A stretch of DNA of 58,514 bases, filler included, from Sluysia triapertura (GCA_046118255.1; 4 parts of 4 records of this genome joined end to end with filler, not necessarily neighbours in it); one strand, 5' to 3'; shown: positions 39,660 to 52,559, numbered from the whole stretch's first letter. Notes: generated by a model not told the origin, from the sequence alone. Numbers and translations are program-made.

Positions 39660-40330
39660 AGTTGAAAATAACTTAATAATAACTTGTTCACTGTTGTGAA
39701 AGGTTGATGATGATTATGATTGATGGATTATTGTTATTTTTAAAATTTAAATTTAAATTATTTTTGACTTTATAAAATTTAAAATTAACTTTTATTAAAA
39801 ATTCTTCATTAAAATTTTTTAGTTTCGAAGTAATTATCGTATCCTCGCCATACAGAAATTGAAAACAAAAACGTAAAGATTTATTTTTTAAAAATTTAAT
39901 TTTGATATTTGACTGCAATGTATGATACTTCTTGACGTTCCTCTTATAAATGAAAAATAATAATAATGATTGTTAACACACAATGAATAGAAGTAAATAT
40001 TATTTACCTTAACGTTGTCGTCTAATAAATTATTGCCGCCTGAAATGCTGGAAACAATTGTAATAATAATAATTGAATAATAATTCAGCAACTCTGTAAT
40101 TCGTTGCGAGTGTAAGTGGAAAGTTGTATGATTTTCTTTGCTGCTCTTTAACTCGTGAACAGAATGAGTGTAGCTGCAGTACAATCCATGCAATAAGCAG
40201 ATGCCAATATTATCAGTAAGAGTTGGACACATAGCAGCTGTATGAGTTAGTTTTCGTCTATTTAACATGCAATAATCGTGCTTCATTATCTCTACGTCGA
40301 GAGTCATTACAAAAATACTCGTTGCCATTG
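39660..40330 (-). pseudogene. Second copy of the Unkempt-type CCCH ORF and its downstream region
   Basis: DYCMLNRRKLTHTAAMCPTLTDNIGICLLHGLYCSYTHSVHELK..HSQRITELL versus EYYMFNKQKITRIAALCPASTDNKGVC..HSQRISELL; downstream YKVK..LNLNFKNN.N..IIIIIN.SQQ is shared. Confidence 0.75.
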
Positions 40331-42515
40331 ACGTATAGAAGTATGTTTAGAAGGTGATTTTACAATGTTGAGAATGTGGTTTAAATCGAATTGTTAAGAT
40401 TGAAAAATAAAATATTTTAGGTGAATTTTTTGATGTAACTTAATAGTTTTGAATGTAATGTGGTTTAGATGTTATGGGATTATGTGCTTAGTTGATTTAA
40501 ACGGATGAAGATGTTTTTAATGGATGTAAAAGAGATAAATATTGGAATGTTCAAATGTTTAAGAGTATGGTTTTATGTACAATGTTTTGATTTAGTTTAA
40601 TGTTGTTTCTATTGATTTTTGAATGTGATTTGTAGAGAATGATTATTAGGGAAATAAGTTGTTTACTTAACTTTGGCTTTATATGAATGCAAGGGTTCTT
40701 TCCTAAATAGAACCTACTTACAAAAGATTATCGTCTGGAGCTGAGTTCGGCTAATAAGACGGTTTACGTCACTAATTGACGACGGTCTAATGAGACTTAT
40801 AACGTAGCGAATTTAACAATGAAACACCTAACAAGATTTTTATGTTAGTTTATATTTCAAAAGACTGATAGCAATACAAGAAACAATTTAATTTCAGTTC
40901 GTAAATTGAGACAGCCTTTTTACAGTCTGTCAAATAAAAAATATTTTTTAAAGTTGAATCAGCCTTCTTACGGTCTGATTATAATCAATGGTTGATTTTA
41001 ATTTAGAGGATAAGGCGTAAATGAAACACTTATATTATATACAATTCCACACAAGTATACAAACAAGAAGAATATAAAACAATTATAATAGCGATAATAT
41101 TTTAAGTCTTAAGGACTTTTCCTTAGACTGTTTGATTTTAAGAATAAGATTAAGTGAGCCTTTTTAAGGTATGACAAATAAGAAAATATTTTAAGTCAAA
41201 GTTTAATGATCCTATTAATTAAAATTAGGATATGTTAAAACTTATTTATAAAAAAATTACTTTTGCATGGATAATAGGTTTTTTGGTTTCTAGAAAATTC
41301 ACTCCTAAAATTTAGAATCCTTCTTCTGTCATTTTACGCTGAAAATGATTAATATTTATATTAAATTTACCTCCCTCCATCTTGGATTTTAATATTTATT
41401 TACTTCAATAAAACAATTAATTTTTTTTCTAATACTTTCTTATTGAAAATAATGCTAAGTAATTTTTTTTAGTAATGATTTTATTAAAAATTTTACTAAA
41501 TATAATTATTAAAAAAATAAAAATTTTGTAATATATAATATTAATAACTAATTTATGAAACAAAATAAAATAGATAAATTTTAGTTAAATATAAATAAAA
41601 CAAATAAACAAATGAAATACTAAATTATCATTTTTGTTAAATATCAATTTCATTTTTATTCAATCACATAAATATCAATTTCAGTCGTCAATTCCAATCA
41701 CTTGTTGATCACTTGATGAATTGTCACTTGATGAATTGTTCCCACCCAACATGACTAATTTGTGCGTGATACTAATTATGAATAATTTATTACTTTTGAA
41801 GTTTTACTTGATAATAAGAAGAATAATAGTACTTTTAATAATTATTTCTAATATTTTAATTATATAATAATTTAATAATAATAATAAGAGTAATTATAAT
41901 ATTTCATTTAATAGCTATTTTCATTTAGTTACAAAATTACAAAAATAACTACAAAATTAAATTACAATATTTACATAATATTAAAAATTACACATAAAAT
42001 TAAAATGCATATTTACAATACGTAAAATCTAATTTATTTTAAATAAAATTTATTTGTTAATAAAAAATATTTTTTAATTTTTCGAAGAAAATTATTTTTG
42101 TGAACTATATTTAATTTGTTTTGAGAAATATTTTATTGTGATTTTTTAATCTTACTTACGTCACAACATTACTGATTTCAATATAAAACGTTATAATTTT
42201 GAATTAAAAAATATTATATATTACTCTAATATTGTAGATTACTGTAATAATGTACATTGAGACTTTTCCGATTTTGTAATTTTTGAATTTGAATACTAAA
42301 GACAGTGAAAAAACTACATCATTTTTAATTTTATTCGAATATTGTAATATTATGACATTATTATTTTTGCTTGTAAATGAGCTGTTATTACTTTTATAAT
42401 ACTTTTACTAATAAAGTATTAAAGAATTTTATCCCACACAGAAATATTTACCTTTTTTGATATAAGATCATTTTAGATCTTATATAATTTTCTAAAAAAA
42501 CTAATCTCGCTAACT

Positions 42516-42550
42516 AGCGGATCCGAATCGACACGACTTTGTTATTTGCT
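42516..42550 (-). mobile_element. Possible Helitron 3' end
   Basis: actagcggatccgaatcgacacgactttgt: minus-strand GC-richer tract ending CTAG|T. Confidence 0.35.
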
Positions 42551-43433
42551 TTAATTACCTCCAGAAAGCTTGTATTATTATCTTTGACATTTCTATATTT
42601 TCTAAATTATTAAAATTTTATAAATTAAAATATTACATTAAAAATATTAAAAATTTATAATTAAATTTAGTTCGTATAAAATTAATTAGAGGCTTATATA
42701 TTATTACATTTAAACATAGAAACCACAAATAATTTATAAAACATAATCCTTCGTTTTTCTTGCATAAAATTTAATTAACTAGTACACTCTATATCGTTCG
42801 TAATTTCATTCAATAGCAAGCACTCATTAAATTTTTACATTCATTATCATTTATTAACAGAATAGATAACATAAAAAGCCAAATAAATTTATTTTAATGT
42901 ATAAATATCATTTCATACTACATATTGATTATTTGTCTATTGATTATTGATTATTGATTATTTGTCATAATATTAGTAATTATATGATAACAATAAACTG
43001 TAATTAAATTATAACTGAAAATACATTAATACAGACACACATTAGTACACACACAGAATTTGAATTCTAAATTATTACATCTTAAATTATGAGTTGTAAT
43101 CAAATTTGAATGATGTTTGAGATTGAATTAAATTATTGTCGTATTACTATTATGAATAAAATGATTGGAATAAATTATTGTCTGAATAAATAAACATGTA
43201 ATTAAATTATATGAAATAATAATATTGTATGATTAATAAACTGTATATTAAAACACTAATACATGAATAATAGCTATAAATTGCAAGAACATAATGTCTA
43301 TACATTGCAATAAATTTTATGTTCTACCTTGTGTAAAAGTTTAATTATAATATGACAAAAATGTTATAAGAATATGTTGCAATATCTTTATTTAATATGT
43401 TATAATATGTTAAAATTTCTTGATTATAATATG

Positions 43434-43840
43434 TGGGAGTTGTAATATTTATTTTATTTTGTGTAGGGAAATCATCACATAAAATTCATCACATTTCATC
43501 ACATAAAAACACTCCACATGTACACGAACTATTAAACAAACTACTAAACTCATTTAAAAATAAACACTACCATCACATCTAACTATCATGAACTATCGTT
43601 ATTATTATTACGATTCATATCATATTAAAATATTTGTAAAAATTATAGTCATTATTGTTATATAATAAATATCGAATATTAACTTTTATAATATTTTTCA
43701 TAATAAAATTTCATAATAAATTCCAACAATTCTGTATTAATAACATAATAATAACATAATTGTTATCATTATTTCTTTTATCCTTATTATCAATCTATCT
43801 CTCTGTTGTTTTAATTTTTTTTTATACAACACAATATTTG
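43434..43840 (+). repeat. ~400-bp leader repeat, copy 2 (upstream of the ELAV/unc-13/RYK cassette)
   Basis: gtagggaaatcatcacataaaattcatcacatttcatcacataaaaacact... to tccttattatcaatct..acacaatatttg; inverted match to 34993-35377. Confidence 0.9.
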
Positions 43841-43883
43841 TTGATGGCAAATAAAATCTATTAATCACCAGATGCTAAAGAAA

Positions 43884-43968
43884 GTATCACTAGCTAGATC
43901 AAGTTCTGAACCTATTAAAGGTGTTAATCTTTATATTTGTGGTTTACCTAAAAATTGACTCTAAAGAA
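43884..43968 (+). pseudogene. elav: ELAV/Hu RRM1-RRM2 linker fragment
   Basis: VSLARSSSEPIKGVNLYICGLPKN matches ELAV-family VS(Y/F)ARPSSE.IKGANLY.SGLPK. Confidence 0.85.
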
Positions 43969-43970
43969 TG

Positions 43971-44069
43971 ATGGTTTGAGCCATTTGTAACACAATGGCT
44001 AAATGAAAACGATGAAGTCACTATGGATATCTGTGGAATGTATATGAAGGTGATAGATCCGATGGGTTT
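43971..44069 (+). pseudogene. unc-13: unc-13 MUN-domain exon-sized fragment (1-nt deletion)
   Basis: WFEPFVTQWLNENDEVTMD/LWNVYEGDRSDGF matches Munc13 [33 protein letters not shown]. Confidence 0.88.
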
Positions 44070-44226
44070 CCGATGTCAATTGAACTGGCTCACTATAAAG
44101 CAAATGAAGAATTAAAATACTTTCAAAAAAATGCTTAATGAACAAAAAAGAAAAAGAAAAACTGATAAATAATATAATTGAAGAACAACAAGCACTTTAT
44201 CAAAAACATCTTGAAAACGTCAAGAA

Positions 44227-45530
44227 ATGTCAGAAATTAAATCATTAAATCATTCTAAAATATTGGATTTAAATATTGGTTATGTTATTTTGCTGATTTG
44301 TATTTCTGCATTTATTGTTTTAGTTACAATTTCTACTGTTACTTTTATAGTGAAAGTTAATCATAATCGAAATTTGAAAAATCGAATACATGAACAATCG
44401 AAGTCTAACAGTAGTATATTTTCGAAATCCAATTCAAAATTAAAAGAATTAAAAAGTGTATCTTTGCTAAAAATGAAATCAACTCCAAAGTCTTCAAGTT
44501 CTTCATTAATAATGGGAATATATAAAATTCAAAGTCAAAAGTTCGCTTTATTTACCTTGTAATACAACGAATAATCAAATTCAATTATTTCAAAATTTTA
44601 ACACAAATCATTGTAGCGACAACAATAATGTTGATAATCATAAAGAAAATCATCAACGAATTTGGCATCATAAACGAACTCGACGTAAACACATTCGTAA
44701 AATAAGGCAACATGATTATTCGAGATATGATAGATTATTTCGGAATACTAAACAACGACATGGTACTAAGTCTATATTAGATCCGTTAATTGATAGAGAA
44801 AATTTTGATCAGAATGAAGATTTCCATGTTTCTGTTGGGCGACAAAATGGAAATAATAATGATCGTGATGATATTGATAGTTATATTACTATAAGTAGTA
44901 AAGATACTCATCAAACTGGAGCAACACGCCTCTAGTTCACAGACGTTTCAAAGATCCTTCAACAGTAATCAATGAAATTCAGATTCGCAGAAGTGATATT
45001 ACTCTCAGAAACATTATAGTCGAAGGTACATTTTGCCAAATGTATGAAGGTACAATGATAATGAAATCGGGAAGAAGACAGAAAATGCAAAATGTACTTA
45101 TAAAAACATTATCAGACAATTCAAATGAAGATCAAGTTAAAGTATTACTTCGAGATGGAGTATTAATGGCAGCTTTACGTCATCGTTATTTATGTCGTTT
45201 GTTAAAAGCAGCTCCGTCAGTTTACTTCAAATCACAATTAATACAACCTCCATAGCAGAATTTCTCATCAAACCGTGTAACAATTATAATCAAAATTTAC
45301 CAAGCTTCAATTAACATTCTAGTGGATGTTTGAATTTAACCTTAACCTTATGCAATTTAAATACAAAGAAATTACAAATTTAAAACAATATCTACGACAA
45401 GCTTCTACTAATTATGGTTTCAACAATAACTTGACTATCGCGCATCCAACACAGCTTTTTAGTAGAGAACTGATCAAAACAGCTATTACTAGTCCAAATT
45501 ACCAATAACGATTACAAATAATGTTTTCTA
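44227..45530 (+). pseudogene. RYK: RYK/Derailed receptor pseudokinase fragment (TM helix + start of kinase domain), disrupted and truncated at the scaffold end
   Basis: TM segment IGYVILLICISAFIVLVTISTVTFIV; EIQIRRSDITLRNIIVEGTFCQMYEG, VLIKTLSDNSNEDQVKVLLRDG..LRHRYL and NLKQYLRQ match RYK (IAISRERITLKDVLQEGTFGRIFHG; FVKTVKDQASEIQVTMML..LHHRNL; NLKLFLRQ). Confidence 0.82.
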
Positions 45531-45546
45531 ATTATTTTATTGTCTG

Positions 45547-45646
45547 NNNNNNNNNNNNNNNNNNNNNNNNNNNNNNNNNNNNNNNNNNNNTTAATTAATT
45601 AANNNNNNNNNNNNNNNNNNNNNNNNNNNNNNNNNNNNNNNNNNNN
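45547..45646. other. Artificial scaffold spacer
   Basis: 44N-TTAATTAATTAA-44N. Confidence 0.95.
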
Positions 45647-45756
<110 letters not shown>

Positions 45757-47105
45757 TAGCACTGCTTGCCCTGCACTATTTTTTTCACTTTTGGTAGCTA
45801 GTTGATTTAGACTTCGTGTATGTGTGTTATTTATTAATGATTATGAACAAGATTTTAGAGATAAATATTCGATTTTGTTGTAACCTTTTTGATAAATGAA
45901 ACAAATGCATATCTTGTTTATAAACATTATAATTCAAATTAGATAAAGATTTATAGTAATCTAAAATATATTTAAAGGTTGACATTTTGTCAGTGTTTTT
46001 ACAGTAATTGTGTACCGTTCCCTGAAAATCGAAAATACATTAATATTTCACTCTATCACTATTTAACTATAACAAAAATATTTACTGACATATCAGACTC
46101 GATTATTTTGTTTAAAAATTTAATATTCTTTAAAAAACAATCGTTAAATTATAAATATATGGTGCGAGATTTCGAAAATTAATTTATTATGTCTTCACAG
46201 TTGACACAGATTTTCCGTTTAAGTAATTTTTTACAATACTTTATAATGACAAGAACATTATCTTCAATCGATAATGATCGACATCGTTGATTTATTTGTA
46301 AATAAAGCAATTATTTTAAAGTATTTTTAAATTATAAATTAATGTTTTAGTTTGCATTTATTTTCCACAAGGTCCATCAAAAAGTTTATTATTATATAAT
46401 ATAAAAAATAATCAATTAATCATTATTCATAAGATTCAATTTTCAGATAATTAATATCAAATTTTATTATCGATAATTTAGAATTTTATTTGTCAAACAG
46501 AATTCTTATTTCAAAATTATGATTATATATGGCATGCTTTTGTTAGCAATATGTACTATCAACATTTTTCTCTCTCTGTTCAGTTACAGAAAAAGAATTA
46601 AATTTAACTCTACATAATTTAAATTATTTTTATTTAGTTTATAAATTGTACAGCCAAGAATATTCATATTTATTTTGATTATACTAGATAAAATCGATTA
46701 AATAATCGAATATGATTAATACAATTTTTTAAATGAAACAGCAGATATATCTTTGTAATAAAACATATTTATAGGTCACCATAAAGTACAAAATATAAAA
46801 TTTGAAATATTTAAATCGGTTTGAAGCGATTACATGACTCATTTGTGTTGTGTAAGTACTAATTTTTAATTTTTAATTTAAAATTTAATTTTTAATTTTA
46901 ATGAATACAGAGAACGGAGACTTTGACGTGATAAAACTAACCTCCACAATGATAAATAAAAATTGTCCATCGTATCATAATATTGAATTAAAAAAAATAA
47001 AACTGTAGAACCAGAAAAAATTTATAAGTTTGTGCAGCTTAATCAAATTATAAAAAAAACCTAAAATGTAATTCGAATAATTATGATTTTTAAAATAAAA
47101 TATTA

Positions 47106-47106
47106 C

Positions 47107-47152
<46 letters not shown>
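47106..47152. repeat. (AAT)n microsatellite
   Basis: Directly visible. Confidence 0.95.
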
Positions 47153-47155
<3 letters not shown>

Positions 47156-47446
47156 TTTAAATAATTTTATCTAGCAAAAATTACTTGTCTATGTATATTA
47201 ATAAAATTATGAAGGTCATTTTATATATATTTAAAACAAAACCGATAAAATTATTTTATTATTTATCAAAAAAAACAATTTCATCATTTTCATTCAAAAC
47301 ATTTTTATAATATAATATATTTGAACAGAATAATATATTAAATTTTAACAGCTAAAGTGATATAAAATTCATACATCCATATTAGCAATAAAAGCAACAG
47401 TTGTGTCTGTTTACACACAATTTTGGAGTATATTTTGTTTCTATAG

Positions 47447-47574
47447 GGATGAGGATAATGATTTACGATCGAAATTGCGCTCAAAATTGACATCAGAATC
47501 AGATGATTTCCTTGGTCAAACTGTAATCGAAGTTCGGACTTTGTCCGGTGAAATGGACGTTTGGTATAATTTGG
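47447..47574 (+). CDS. unc-13: unc-13 C2B exon, variant B (128 nt)
   Basis: ctatag|[44 protein letters not shown]|gtaagg. Confidence 0.96.
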
Positions 47575-48227
47575 GTAAGGTTCCTTATAAATAAACAATT
47601 TGCTGAGCTATTTTGAGTTATAGTTGAATATTAATTAATCCAATGTTTATAAATATATTTGTCTAATTAGCAGATTCCGTTTTTATTAATGATTAAATTA
47701 TTAAATTATTAAACAATTTTTGTCATTGGATCAATTAATAATTGGATTTGTTGACTATACTAAATTTAATTCATAATTGTTATTTGATCACTAATTTAAT
47801 TTGATTTAACTAAAAACATCAATAATTATTGCATGAATATTTTATTTATTGCATGAATATATGAATGAACAGTCAATTTTATATAAAAAGTATTAATTAT
47901 CATTATGTGTTAGTGTTAGATAATTTGTGTTTTTTGTGAAAGTTGTTTGTGAAGATATTAATGCTTTTTTGTACGTTCTTAATCATTTTAAATATGTCAA
48001 TACAATTTCTGCAGTCAGGAAACAGAGGTAAAAGTGTAATGAATTTGAACAAAAATTTTAATAATTTTAATTTTCAAATAAGAAAAAAATTTACCATCAT
48101 CAAACATTCAACTTCAAACGAAACATTATTACTGTATATTGCATGGTGAATAACTGTATAAATCGAATAATTTATAATTTACTACCTTAATTCTGCTTTA
48201 ATCTTATAAAACTGTTACAAATATTCT

Positions 48228-48262
48228 GATGCCCATTGCATCCAACGAGGGTTTAATTTTAG
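48228..48262 (+). mobile_element. Possible Helitron 3' end
   Basis: gcccattgcatccaacgagggtttaattttagt resembles a GC hairpin followed ~10 nt later by a degenerate CTAG|T. Confidence 0.35.
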
Positions 48263-48299
48263 TTATTTTCTATTTCAAGTAATTGTAGTCGATTTTACT

Positions 48300-48618
48300 A
48301 TTAATAATAATATATTAATTTATAATGCGCTCACATATACTGCTTAAGTACTCAGAAGAGCTTAAGTTATATTTCTGAAACAGAGAGAACTTTGCCTTTT
48401 TCTTAAATATTTCATAATCTTCCAGTAATTTGACATTCTCTGGTTATCACTGTGGATTCCGTCTGAATGAAATATTCATCGTGCTTTCCAATTTTTTATC
48501 ATTTCTAAAAGGTATTCAGGACTTCCGTAATGTAAGCATTTGTAAATTATTGTCATGATTTTGAATTCTATTGTTGTTTTTATTGGCAACCAGTGTAATT
48601 CCTTAAGATAAGGTATAG
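48300..48618 (-). mobile_element. L2 LINE 3' end, second copy (in an unc-13 intron)
   Basis: Near-identical to 18860-19155 (PYLKELHWLPIK..IEFKIMTIIYK). Confidence 0.88.
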
Positions 48619-48759
48619 TATAAAAACGGTTAGGACAAGGAAATTAATAATTAGAGCTTATTATTAATAATAAGTAGTATATTTTTGTAAAAATTTTAGA
48701 GTTATTTATTAATTAATTTAAATAAATTAAGAAACGTTTTACAAAATACGTTTAGATTG

Positions 48760-49520
48760 AAGAGATTGAAGTAGTATTTTCAGAACGATAAAGAGTACTA
48801 TTGAAATATAGAATTCATTAATAAAACACAGAACAATGTTTTAATAAATAATAATGTTTGATTGAATAATGGGATAAGAAGGATAGTGTATAAAATTAAG
48901 TATGCTTTTAATTTTCCATTCATTGGAAAAGTACAATGATGTAGTTAAATCGAAATTTGTAAGTTTCATTTCTGTTTCGTAAAAATGACTAATATCATTT
49001 GAAGTACGAAGTAAACGGTATTGTTCTTTATTTTTAAAATATACTCATGAAAATATATTCATAATTCATTTTTTAATATTACATGGTCTCTGTAGATGTT
49101 GTTGGAGGATTCCAGGGCTAGTTTCGTACACTCCTTTATCAGTGATTTGATTTCGCTCACAGGGAATCCAAGTTTGCGATCACTCTATGATCCTAAGGCT
49201 CCAACAACGACGCTTCATCTGAGATTGCAGCTTGTCCAGGAGATCCGTGTATTTTTCAATGTTTATAGTCATTTTCTCAGTATTTTGTTATGTCTCACAG
49301 TTCTGGAAATACCCACTGTCTAACAATTTTATTTTAGTACAGTCAATTATATTACTTGGAAATTTAAGCTTGTATCCCAACAGATTTATTTCAATCACAA
49401 AGCCGAATAATGATAATTGGGAAGAATTTATTTCAAATTCTATCCTAAATTTAAGTCCCATTGAGACTAAAATTATTATTTTCATTTCGAATATCAAAAT
49501 TTTAATGTTAGTAAGAATGT
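48760..49520 (-). mobile_element. Possible Penelope-like element RT C-terminal remnant, interrupted by the 49100-49325 insert
   Basis: GLKFRIEFEINSSQLSLFGFVIEI resembles the PLE motif LKFT.E.E....L.FLD..I; QYRLLRTSNDISHFYETEMKL resembles the downstream R..R..S....F motif. Confidence 0.35.
49100..49325 (+). mobile_element. 226-bp insert with TGTTGG...GTCTAACA ends (same termini as the tRNA element) but no tRNA
   Basis: atgt|tgttggagg ... actgtctaaca|attt (4-bp TSD with one mismatch); GC content higher than the flanks. Confidence 0.5.
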
Positions 49521-50064
49521 GATTTGCCCTAAATATATCAAAAAAATAATAAGCAAATAACATTAAAATGATCAAGACTCACTACATAAAGATTGTTAAA
49601 GATTCTTCGTAATACCACCGAATTTGTCTTTTATATTTGTAATTCCACTAAATCAGCACTAAGATGTCTAACTAAATTTAATCAGAACTTAAATAAAGCA
49701 GGATAACTTATTAACACTATTTATACTTATTAACACTGTGTATACCTATTTCGACCAAAAAGTGTGTCTATTTAGATCTGTAGGATGATCTGAAGGAAAA
49801 TTATACCGCTAAATAAAATGGACAAAACATGAATTGAGAAAAAAATGGCTAAACACTTAGAAAATAATGACATTATGACCTTTTTTAATGATCAGATTTT
49901 TCGATGCAATCATCGTCTTGGAAGCCGTGATGCTGATAAATCGGCGTAAGAATAATGATGAAATTTTGTATACAACTTTGCTGTTAAATGTATATAATGT
50001 ATATAATTCTTTATTAAGAACTAAATTTATTATCAGATTAAGACAAACGACGTGGTTTTCTTTC

Positions 50065-50216
50065 TGTTTGGATATAGGCCTAAAGTGACATAAAATAATG
50101 TTAGTTTAATTAACTATATTAAAACAAAATTGTTAGACAGGGCTGATAGCTCAGTGGTCAGAGCAAGTGAGAGGTGCTGGGTTCGATTCCCGATCAGTTC
50201 ATTTTGTGAACCCACA
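50065..50216 (+). mobile_element. tRNA-bearing element, copy 9 (diverged, subfamily B), TSD TTTC/TATC
   Basis: tgtttggatataggcctaaagtg...tgttagacagggctgatagctcagtgg...gggttcgattcccgatcagttcattttgtgaacccaca. Confidence 0.8.
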
Positions 50217-52221
50217 TATCGAATACCCTTCTGATTTGCAAGATGTTTGAGGTCAAACATAATTGAATTTAGTGAGATATAATAGAATGATATTTAAGGT
50301 GTAGAAAGATATGAACAAAGAAAAACTGTATATGGAAAATGTTTAAGCCTGATGATGACATAGAGCATAATATTGTTTAATACGAAAGTTATTGTTGAAT
50401 GGCTTGAAGCTATAGTGCTTTAATGCAATATAAGGTGTGAAGCAGAAAATGTACAAAGAAGTACTCAATAATCTTGGAACGTGTGTAATTACAAAGTGAT
50501 TTTAATTGAAATAAATAATAATTAGATATTTTCTTATTTATTTTATGAATTATGGAGTGTTTGTATAGTGTCGAAATAACAAACTTATGCATTATGTATT
50601 GAGCCACCACTTATTATTCGTATTAGTTAATGTTTGTACGATGAAACATAGTTATACAAAATGTTTGTTAAAATTAGAAATGAATAAATGATGTCTGGAC
50701 AATGTAAAACTAAGTGTATACTTTATAGCTTACATAAACATTAAATAAATTAAAAAATTTCGACATTATTAAAGCAAATTAGCTAATCATTTTTCAATTA
50801 TAAAAACTTACATTATGAATGAACTTCCTCGTATCATATTGCTTGAACAAATTACGGTTAGTTACTGCATTATTTACAGTATTAGTTGCACCATTCTGTG
50901 ATTATAATTAATAATTGATTATACGATTTATAATTAATCGTGTAATAATATTATAATTAATTTGATTTAGTTTTGTAATATTTGATAATATAAATAGAGT
51001 CATCTACCAAATAATCAATCACAAAATCAACAAAATCATCGTTTACCTTACATTAATAAACATTGTATTGTTATTAGCAGGTAAATGATTAATCAAAAAA
51101 ATGTGCTATAAGATTCGAAATAAATTTATTATAAATAAATAAAATTATCTACTTTCTTTACAAAATAGTATTTATTTTAATTTAACTCGTGATTTCTATA
51201 TTTAGAAACGATTAAAATATGTTTAACTATTTTATTGACTTTTCATTTACATTGCATTTTTGTTTATTGTTTATTGTTATGTATTATTTATTTAATATTT
51301 TTATGGTATTAATATTTAATTAATTATTAATCCACCTGATTAATAAATATGCGTGTTTTTTGACTAACAAGTACTTATTAAGAGGACAAATCGATAATTC
51401 ATCATCAGTCTGAATAAATAATAATCTGAAGATGCCAGTGAATTTAGTATTATGTTAGAGTAATACATTTTTCATGTAATTGATCACAAAAAGACTTATG
51501 TTCTTATGTTTCTACGAAATGCTGATGATGATAAACTTATCATCTTTATTATCGACTATTTTGCTCTTATTTAATTACTTGATCTAAAATTGATGGCCAA
51601 ATTATTAGACTAGAGGGAAAATATGATTTTTTTCTTTGGTTTTCTCAGTATTTACTACTCTGGCTTTGAAACTTCCCAAACTCTGGGAGATTGTCAAAGG
51701 AACGGAACTTACTGAAACCCTAGTAAAAGTTTGGTAATACTATGACGAGATCAAAGATTCCTCCGTGGCATGCCTTTAAGTATAAGCAAATTATTGGATA
51801 ACAAAGGAAGGTAAACAAAGTACTGATAAAACAGTTTTTACATATTTTATTTGTAGTACATGAATAAAATTTCTGTATGTTTTGGATCTCAGTATTTTTA
51901 TCTATTATTTTACTTTCACCAGAATTTTTTGAAAAAAGTAGTTATTTTCCAACCTTTTTACATTTTCCGTGACAATGTTTTTATACACTTGATTAATAGT
52001 TTCGTAGTATCCTTGAAAAAAGTTGAATTTTATCACAAAAATGGTCTTTAGTCTTACAATTTGGCCACCATTGTATATATTATATTAATTATATAATATA
52101 TTTCTTATAAAAATAATACTGAACTAGTTATATCAACTAGTTATTTTATTATGTAAATATATTGCATGATATTCTAAAGTCGCGTATCTTGGCAACTGCA
52201 TTTATTAAATTGATATATTAT

Positions 52222-52223
52222 TA

Positions 52224-52279
<56 letters not shown>
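52222..52279. repeat. (TTA)n microsatellite
   Basis: Directly visible. Confidence 0.95.
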
Positions 52280-52281
<2 letters not shown>

Positions 52282-52559
52282 TTTAATTTGACTTCTGTAT
52301 AAATCAATAATAGAAAAACTTAACAATCAAGCTGAATTAATTAATAATATTTAATCGGGAAACTCAGTAATGTTCTTCATCAGAAAAAATAAGGTTACTC
52401 GTCTTCATAAGAAAAACGATGCATAAAATATCCGAAAATATGGCTACTGCTTGTCTAAATAATCATGAAAGCACCATGTTACAAGGAAACTAAAGAAGAA
52501 TTTGCTAATCTTTGATTATTTTTATTTTTAGCTAAGTAAAATATTAGTTTATTTCATAT

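Noticed and set aside
50345-51560. Hammerhead ribozyme candidates (CTGATGA at ~50349, ~51524 and minus ~51405)
   Set aside because: No convincing stem II closed by GAAA together with stems I and III could be built by eye.
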